A model generated the notes under the pieces. The model was not told where the DNA came from and searched no databases. It worked only from the letters and a program-made list of their open reading frames with translations. A program made the translations under genes and the position numbers. Below are positions 58,571 through 64,000 of a stretch of 64,000 nucleotides of DNA, piece by piece. Origin of the DNA: an uncultured Enterobacteriaceae bacterium (GTDB lineage: Bacteria; Pseudomonadota; Gammaproteobacteria; Burkholderiales; SG8-39); contig CAZYVT010000007.1 of the NCBI GenBank assembly GCA_964651335.1, positions 24,893 to 88,892 on the forward strand, given 5' to 3'. How positions within the stretch are numbered: position 1 is the stretch's first letter; every line of letters begins with the position of its first letter.

Positions 58571-59980
58571 TTACGCTACGGGAGCCCGCAGATGCCAATC
58601 GGTGGCGCGCTGGTAGGCATGCCCGAGGCGAAACAGCAGCGGCTCGTCAAAAGGCCGGCCGATCAGCTGGAAGGCGCAGGGCAGCCCATGGGGCTGGAAA
58701 CCGCAGGGCACGGCAAGCGCAGGGAGCCCCAGGTAATTCACCGGACGCATCAGGCGCGTCACCTGTGCCAGCACCTGGCCCATCTTCTGTCCGCCGCCCA
58801 CGTCGGTCTCGGCGATCGTGGGCGTGGCAAACGTCACGCAGGGAACGTGCAACGCGTCCACCCCCGACATGACTTCGGCAAGCCATGCTTTCAGCGCGTG
58901 ATCGCGCAGCCTCAGGGCGTTGATGTACTGCGTCGCGCTGATCGCCGCGCCGAGCTCGAGCCGCGCGCGCACCTGGTCTGAATAATCCTGCGGCCGCTCG
59001 CGCAACCAGTTTGCGTGCAGCGCCGCCGCTTCCGCGGCGATGATCGCAGTGCCGGCCTGATTCCACGGCTCGATCGCCGGAACACCCACTTCCACGATCT
59101 CGCATCCGAGCGAGCGGAACACATCGAGACTCGTGCGTACCAGCGTCTCGATCGCCGGATCCGCGCCGTCGTAGAAATAGCCTTTCGGCACGCCGACCCG
59201 CAGGCCTTTCACCGGGCGCTCGAGCGCCGCGAGGTAATCGGGTACCGGCTGCCCGCTCGTGGTCGGATCGGCGGGGTCGCTGCCGGCGATCACGCCGAGA
59301 ATCAGGGCGCAGTCCTCGACCGTACGCGCAAGCGGTCCCACGGTGTCCATGGAAAAGGACAGTGGCATCGCACCGGCACGAGACACGCGCCCGTAGGTCG
59401 GCTTGATGCCGGTGACTCCGCAAAAATGCGCGGGCAGCCGGATCGAGCCGCCGGTGTCCGAGCCGAGCGCGGCGAAGTTGGCGCGCGCTGCAACCGACGT
59501 CCCCGCGCCGCTCGAGGAGCCGCCGGTGATGTAATCCGGGTGCCAGGCATTGCGGCAGTGGCCGAAGTGATAGTTGTGGCCGGTCGGGCCGTAGGCAAAT
59601 TCGGTCATGTTCAGAACGCCGAATTGCACCGCTCCCGCGGTGTCGAGGCGCTGCAACGCCGTTGCGGTCGCCGGCGCCGGCCGGTCACGCATGATTTTCG
59701 AGCCGCACGAGGAGGCCACGCCTTCGCGGTAATACATGTCCTTGTGCGCCATCGGCACGCCGGCAAGCGGTCCGCGCACCCTGCCTTGCGCGATCTCCGC
59801 GTCCACGAGGCGAGCCGCGGCGATCGCGGCGTCTTCGTCGATCCGGAGGAAGCAGTTGAGCCGCGCGTGCGCGCGCCGGGCGGCGGCGATCGTCTCCTGC
59901 ATCGCCTCGGCAGCCGATGCCTTGCGCGCGCGGATCCGCCGCGCGAGCTCTGCGGCGGATAGCTCCGTCAGTTCGCTCAT
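58571..59980 (-). CDS. amidase-signature family amidase (GatA/AtzE-like)
   Basis: 469 aa with [13 protein letters not shown] and [12 protein letters not shown], the Ser-cisSer-Lys signature region. Confidence 0.85.
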   Translation of the reverse strand: MSELTELSAAELARRIRARKASAAEAMQETIAAARRAHARLNCFLRIDEDAAIAAARLVDAEIAQGRVRGPLAGVPMAHKDMYYREGVASSCGSKIMRDRPAPATATALQRLDTAGAVQFGVLNMTEFAYGPTGHNYHFGHCRNAWHPDYITGGSSSGAGTSVAARANFAALGSDTGGSIRLPAHFCGVTGIKPTYGRVSRAGAMPLSFSMDTVGPLARTVEDCALILGVIAGSDPADPTTSGQPVPDYLAALERPVKGLRVGVPKGYFYDGADPAIETLVRTSLDVFRSLGCEIVEVGVPAIEPWNQAGTAIIAAEAAALHANWLRERPQDYSDQVRARLELGAAISATQYINALRLRDHALKAWLAEVMSGVDALHVPCVTFATPTIAETDVGGGQKMGQVLAQVTRLMRPVNYLGLPALAVPCGFQPHGLPCAFQLIGRPFDEPLLFRLGHAYQRATDWHLRAPVA

Positions 59981-60159
59981 TTCGAGCCCTGTTCGAGGGT
60001 ACGGAAAAATCCAGATGGTTCCTGCTCGAACGCGAGCGCGCGCGTCGCCGCGCGCTCGGCCTCGAGCTGCGCGGCAAGCGTGCGCGCAACGGACTCGGCG
60101 CGCTCCTCCGGCAACCGCACACCCTGCAATGCAAGCATTCGAAGCACGATCTCGTTCAT
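59977..60159 (-). CDS. small amidase partner candidate (GatC/AtzG-like, 60 aa)
   Basis: MNEIVLRMLALQGVRLPEERAESVARTLAAQLEAERAATRALAFEQEPSGFF. Four-nt overlaps join it to both neighbours (ATGA at 60156-60159; stop overlapping the amidase start). Confidence 0.4.
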   Translation of the reverse strand: MNEIVLRMLALQGVRLPEERAESVARTLAAQLEAERAATRALAFEQEPSGFFRTLEQGSK

Positions 60160-60797
60160 AGCGCCACCTTGGGCGGCAACCCGGCGCCGCGCCCGAGCCG
60201 CCCGTCGTCCAGCGGCTCGCCCGCCACCTGGCGGAGGGGAATCACACCGCCCCAGATCGGCAGGGCGTAGTCTTCCTCGTCGTCCACCGGCGGGCCGGTC
60301 CGCACCTTGGCCGATGCTTCCTCGATGTGCATGCCGAGCACCGTGGTCGCCTTGAGCTCCTGCTGACTGACCGGACGGAGTTCCTTCCACCGCCCAGGAT
60401 AGAGCCGCTCGACGAACGTCTGCATCTTTGCGAGCTTTTCTTCCGCCTGCTCGACCTTGTAGGGCTTTCCGAACAGCATTGCCGAACGGTAATTGATGGA
60501 TTTGTGGAAACCCGAGCGCGCGACCACCAGTCCGTCCACGATCGTTACCGTCAGGCAGACGTTCGGGCGCTTTTCGAGCGCGCGCAGCATGCGGCTCTTC
60601 GAAGAACCATGCCAGTACACGGCGTCGCCCTCGCGCCAGTAGGCAGTCGGAGTCACGTAGGGCTGGCGGTCGATCACGTAGCCGAGGTGGCAGATGAACG
60701 CGGCGTCGAGGATGCCGTAGATCATCTCCCGGTCGTAGTGCGCGCGCCCGGGGAGGCGCCTGATTTTCGTGCGGTCCGTTGGCGTAAAGGCTTTCAT
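60156..60797 (-). CDS. pyridoxamine 5'-phosphate oxidase family (flavin-binding split-barrel) protein
   Basis: TKIRRLPGRAHYDREMIYGILDAAFICHLGYVIDRQPYVTPTAYWREGDAVYWHGS is the typical PNPOx-family pattern. Confidence 0.8.
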   Translation of the reverse strand: MKAFTPTDRTKIRRLPGRAHYDREMIYGILDAAFICHLGYVIDRQPYVTPTAYWREGDAVYWHGSSKSRMLRALEKRPNVCLTVTIVDGLVVARSGFHKSINYRSAMLFGKPYKVEQAEEKLAKMQTFVERLYPGRWKELRPVSQQELKATTVLGMHIEEASAKVRTGPPVDDEEDYALPIWGGVIPLRQVAGEPLDDGRLGRGAGLPPKVAL

Positions 60798-60821
60798 TGT
60801 GGCGGTAAACTCCAGGGCCGG

Positions 60822-62141
60822 ATGTTACCAGCGCCTCAAATAACCTCGGATCTGGCGCGCGATCGCGCCGCGTGCAGCGCCTACTGGCTGCATTTGCGCG
60901 AATTGGTGTCGCGCCTGCCGCCGAAGCCGAAGCGCAACCCGGGTGAGAGCGCAGCGGCTGCGGCAAATCTCGCGGCAGCGCGCGAGCTGCGCATGCGGTT
61001 CCTGCGCGCGCATGCGTCGCGCATCTACGACGAGCTGACTGCAGGACGCGCGACTTTCGTGCGGCTCGACCAGCTTTGCCTGCGCGCGGCCGCCGAATTT
61101 CCGGGACTCGTGCCCTCGGCGCGTGATCTCGAGGCCGAGGCGCGCGCCGCGCAGCGCGACAAGGACGGGCTGGAGATCGATCAGGGCTTGTTTCTCGCGC
61201 ACGTGCTTTTCGATCCCGGAGCCGGAGCGCACCTCTGCCATGCGATGCTGCTGCCGCGCGAGGACTCGCACGCGCGCCTGTCCGAGTTCGAGCGCTCGGG
61301 CGAGATTGACCTCGGTCCCGTGCGCCTGCGGCGTCAGGGAAAGACGGCGGTGCTGACGATGAGCAACCCGCGCTTTCTTAACGCCGAGGACGAATCGACC
61401 CTCGATGCGATGGAGATCGCGGTGGACCTGGCGCTGCTCGATGCGCAAACCGAGGTCTGCGTGCTGCGCGGCGGCGCGATCCCGCACCCGAACTACGCCG
61501 GCCGGCGCGTGTTCGGTGCCGGAATCAATCTCACGCACCTGTACCAGGGAAGGATCCCGTATCTCTGGTACCTGTTGCGCGACCTCGGCTACGTCAACAA
61601 GCTCTACCGGGGTCTGGCGCTTCCCGATGCCTCCCCGGAGGAAGATTCCGTAGAGAAGCTCTGGGTCGCGGCGGTCGAGGGATTCGCGATCGGCGGCCAC
61701 TGCCAGATCCTGCTCGCAGTGGACTTGACGCTTGCCGAAGACGGCGCCTACCTGACGCTGCCGGCGCGCAAGGAAGGGATCGTGCCCGGCGCGGCCAACC
61801 TGCGCCTGCCGCGCTTCGTCGGCGATCGCATCGCGCGCCAGGCGGTGATGGCCGAGCGCCGCATCGAATGCGCCAGCCGCGAGGGACGCCTGATCTGCGA
61901 CGCGATTGTCCGACCGGAAGAGATGGATGCCGCGATCGAGCGCACCGTCGCAAGCCTCACCGGCTCCGGCGTGGTCAGCGCTGCGAGCAACCGGCGCGCA
62001 TTCCGCGTGGCGCAGGAGCCGCTCGATACGTTCCGCCGCTACATGTCGGTCTACGCGCGCGAGCAGGCGTACTGCCATTTCAGCCCGGCGCTAATCGCGA
62101 ACCTCGAAAAGCACTGGAACGCGGCCAGTCGCCGCCGCTGA
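60822..62141 (+). CDS. crotonase-fold protein resembling DpgC-type cofactor-independent acyl-CoA dioxygenase
   Basis: 439 aa from MLPAPQITSD. A long helical N-domain is followed by the enoyl-CoA hydratase core (VLRGG...GRRVFGAGINLTHLYQG...EGFAIGGHCQILL). Confidence 0.6.
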   Translation: MLPAPQITSDLARDRAACSAYWLHLRELVSRLPPKPKRNPGESAAAAANLAAARELRMRFLRAHASRIYDELTAGRATFVRLDQLCLRAAAEFPGLVPSARDLEAEARAAQRDKDGLEIDQGLFLAHVLFDPGAGAHLCHAMLLPREDSHARLSEFERSGEIDLGPVRLRRQGKTAVLTMSNPRFLNAEDESTLDAMEIAVDLALLDAQTEVCVLRGGAIPHPNYAGRRVFGAGINLTHLYQGRIPYLWYLLRDLGYVNKLYRGLALPDASPEEDSVEKLWVAAVEGFAIGGHCQILLAVDLTLAEDGAYLTLPARKEGIVPGAANLRLPRFVGDRIARQAVMAERRIECASREGRLICDAIVRPEEMDAAIERTVASLTGSGVVSAASNRRAFRVAQEPLDTFRRYMSVYAREQAYCHFSPALIANLEKHWNAASRRR

Positions 62142-62166
62142 GCGCGGCGCGCTGCTTGTGCAGGAA

Positions 62167-62625
62167 CTACCTGGGCGCGGCGGCGTCCAGGATCGCCAGA
62201 AAGGCACGCGAATCGCGGTAGCCGACGAACTGCTGCGCGCGCCTGCCCTGCTCGTCGAGGATCACAACGGTCGGGGTGCCGGTCACGCCTAGGTGCCTCG
62301 CGAGGTTCTTCTCCGAGCGCGCAACGCCGTCCACCCACACCGTTTCGCGCGCGCCGAAAATATTCACAGCCAGGAGGACGAAGCGGCTCCGTAGCCGCTC
62401 CACCACAGCGCGGTCGGCCAGGGTGGTGCGCGCCATCTTGAGGCAGGCCGGACAGCCGTCCTGCTCGAAGAACACGACTACGCGCCGGCCCGCCTTGGCG
62501 GCGTCGCGCAAGTCTTCGGGGACTATCAGGAATGAATCGCTGAAGGTTCCCTTGGGCGCGTGCTCGGTCGCGCCGGCGAAGGTGAGCAAAGGAAACAGCA
62601 GCAATGCGATTAGTGCGGTACGCAT
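62167..62625 (-). CDS. periplasmic thioredoxin-fold protein
   Basis: Signal peptide MRTALIALLLFPLLTFAGA and the CxxC motif in FFEQDGCPACLKM. Confidence 0.75.
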   Translation of the reverse strand: MRTALIALLLFPLLTFAGATEHAPKGTFSDSFLIVPEDLRDAAKAGRRVVVFFEQDGCPACLKMARTTLADRAVVERLRSRFVLLAVNIFGARETVWVDGVARSEKNLARHLGVTGTPTVVILDEQGRRAQQFVGYRDSRAFLAILDAAAPR

Positions 62626-62656
62626 GGGCGCTATTCCATTTTGGCAAGTCCGCTAT

Positions 62657-63514
62657 TCAGGCCGCAAGAAGAAATTCGCGCACGATCCTGATCTGGTCTT
62701 CGTGCATCAGCGTCGGCGCGTGTCCGACAGCGGGGATTTCGACCACTTTCGCCTTCGGGCCGCGCTCGCTCATCCGGGCGCAGGTGTCGCGCGTGAGCAG
62801 GTCGGATTGCTCGCCGCGCAGGACCAGCGTCGGACACTTGACCGTGTCGTAGTGCGGCCAGAGTTCGAGGTCCTTGTCCGGCATCGACTTGCGGTACGGC
62901 TCGGCGATGCGGGGGTCATAGTGAAATCGGTAGCTGCCGTCCGCGTTCTTCCGCACGACCACTTCGGTCAGGAAGCGCCACTCGGCGTCGGTATGCGGGC
63001 CGAACGAGGCACTGACCGCGCGCACCAGCTGCTCGGCGGCCTCGATCGTCGGCAGCGGCGGCGCGACCCCAAGGTATGTGGCGATGCGCTCGATCGATGC
63101 CTTGGTCACGACCGGCCCGGCATCGTTCAGTACCAGCCGCGACACCGGTGTGCCGTTTTGCGCCGCCAGAAACATGCCGATCAGACCGCCCATTGAGGTT
63201 CCCACCCAATGCACGCTTTCCACGTCGAGGCGAGCGATCAGTGTCACCATGTCGGCGACGTACTGCGGAAATTCGTACAGCATCGGGTCGGCGAGCCATT
63301 CGGAATCGCCGCGCCCCACGACATCCGGGCAGATGACGCGGTAGCGGTCGCTCATTGCCTGCGCAAAGCGCTCGAAATCGCGCGCACAGCGCGTCAGGCC
63401 GTGCACGCAGACGAGCACACGCTCGTTTTCCCGATCGCCCCACTCAAGGTAGGCGATGCGGTGCAGCCCGGCGGGCGAGGCGCACCGCACCGTCCGCGGG
63501 CGCGGGGCCGCCAC
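62657..63514 (-). CDS. alpha/beta hydrolase
   Basis: VLVCVHGLTRCARDFE, the nucleophile elbow GTSMGG, and a C-terminal GHAP His motif. Confidence 0.8.
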   Translation of the reverse strand: MAAPRPRTVRCASPAGLHRIAYLEWGDRENERVLVCVHGLTRCARDFERFAQAMSDRYRVICPDVVGRGDSEWLADPMLYEFPQYVADMVTLIARLDVESVHWVGTSMGGLIGMFLAAQNGTPVSRLVLNDAGPVVTKASIERIATYLGVAPPLPTIEAAEQLVRAVSASFGPHTDAEWRFLTEVVVRKNADGSYRFHYDPRIAEPYRKSMPDKDLELWPHYDTVKCPTLVLRGEQSDLLTRDTCARMSERGPKAKVVEIPAVGHAPTLMHEDQIRIVREFLLAA

Positions 63515-63517
63515 GCT

Positions 63518-63739
63518 TCAGGAGCCGTACTTGAACGACAGCGCGAGCCGCGTGCGGAATGCCGTCACCTTGCCGTTGTCCACCTTCACGTCCAGCTTGA
63601 CCACTTCCGCGATGCGCAGATCGCGCAGCGACGCAGAGGCCGTCTTCACCGCGTTGCGCGCCGCGTCTTCCCACGAAATCGCGCTCGTACCGATCACATC
63701 CACCACTCTGTAGACTGCACCGCCTCCCTTGCTGGCCAT
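63518..63739 (-). CDS. dodecin family flavin-binding protein
   Basis: 73 aa. VYRVVDVIGTSAISWEDAARNAV...LRDLRIAEVVKLDVKVDNGKV is the typical dodecin sequence. Confidence 0.8.
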   Translation of the reverse strand: MASKGGGAVYRVVDVIGTSAISWEDAARNAVKTASASLRDLRIAEVVKLDVKVDNGKVTAFRTRLALSFKYGS

Positions 63740-64000
63740 GATCCACTCCTGGGTGTCGTTGCGGGGAATTCCGCGCCTGCATTATCTGCCTGATCGCCCG
63801 ATTCATGCCAATAGCGGCGCCTGCGCCCCCGTTCGGCCTCGACCCCTACCCCGGCAGGAGAAAGGCGCACCGTGATCGCGCCATTGAGGTCGGTGCGCAA
63901 CACCCTCGCATCGAGCCCCGCATAGCGTTCGAGCACCTCAGGTTTCGGATGACCGAAGCGGTTGCGATACCCGGCCGGGATCACCGCCAGTGCCGGCTGC
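63694..64000 (-). CDS. comEC: ComEC/Rec2 competence protein, C-terminal end (5' part beyond the right edge)
   Basis: ...IPAGYRNRFGHPKPEVLERYAGLDARVLRTDLNGAITV is the conserved ComEC MBL-domain tail. The frame stays open to base 64000. Confidence 0.7.
   Translation of the reverse strand, partial: QPALAVIPAGYRNRFGHPKPEVLERYAGLDARVLRTDLNGAITVRLSPAGVGVEAERGRRRRYWHESGDQADNAGAEFPATTPRSGSWPAREAVQSTEWWM

Overview
This is a high-GC chromosomal segment, roughly two-thirds G+C by eye, with gene order typical of Betaproteobacteria. All calls rest on reading the ORF translations and the DNA directly; no database search was run. Most of the window is core housekeeping:
- maeB, the PP0621-pilS-pilR-ampD operon, and ispB
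- rplU-rpmA-obg-proB, rppH and proS
- surE-pcm-nlpD
- the conserved block thrS-infC-rpmI-rplT-pheS-pheT-ihfA-merR-tRNA-Pro
- ppx/ppk, dgkA and relA

Two accessory insertions stand out.

(1) 29.3-33.8 kb holds three same-strand genes between a yegS-like lipid kinase and tRNA-Pro(GGG). The first encodes a TIR, single-TM, TPR-repeat protein. The second is a 112-aa ORF whose ATG directly follows the first gene's stop. The third encodes a helical domain, a Rossmann (SLOG-like) module and a class III nucleotide cyclase. I do not recognise this combination as any named system. It is my best candidate for an undescribed nucleotide-signalling or defence-like module.

(2) 41.4-47.1 kb is a decayed ~5.6 kb island integrated at tRNA-Val(GAC). 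It is bounded by a perfect 45-nt direct repeat of the tRNA 3' half and has visibly lower GC. It carries a truncated tyrosine integrase and a TetR / MBL-hydrolase / lipoprotein / NmrA cargo. The insertion separates thrS from the intact tRNA-Val.

Other notable items:
- a lysine-rich histone-H1-like gene
- a ParDE toxin-antitoxin pair
- an SLT-DUF58-TgpA-MltB chain joined by ATGA overlaps
- an amidase / small partner / PNPOx / DpgC-like cluster
- a non-AUG (ATC) infC start

Many long ORFs in the six-frame track are high-GC antisense artefacts and were rejected.
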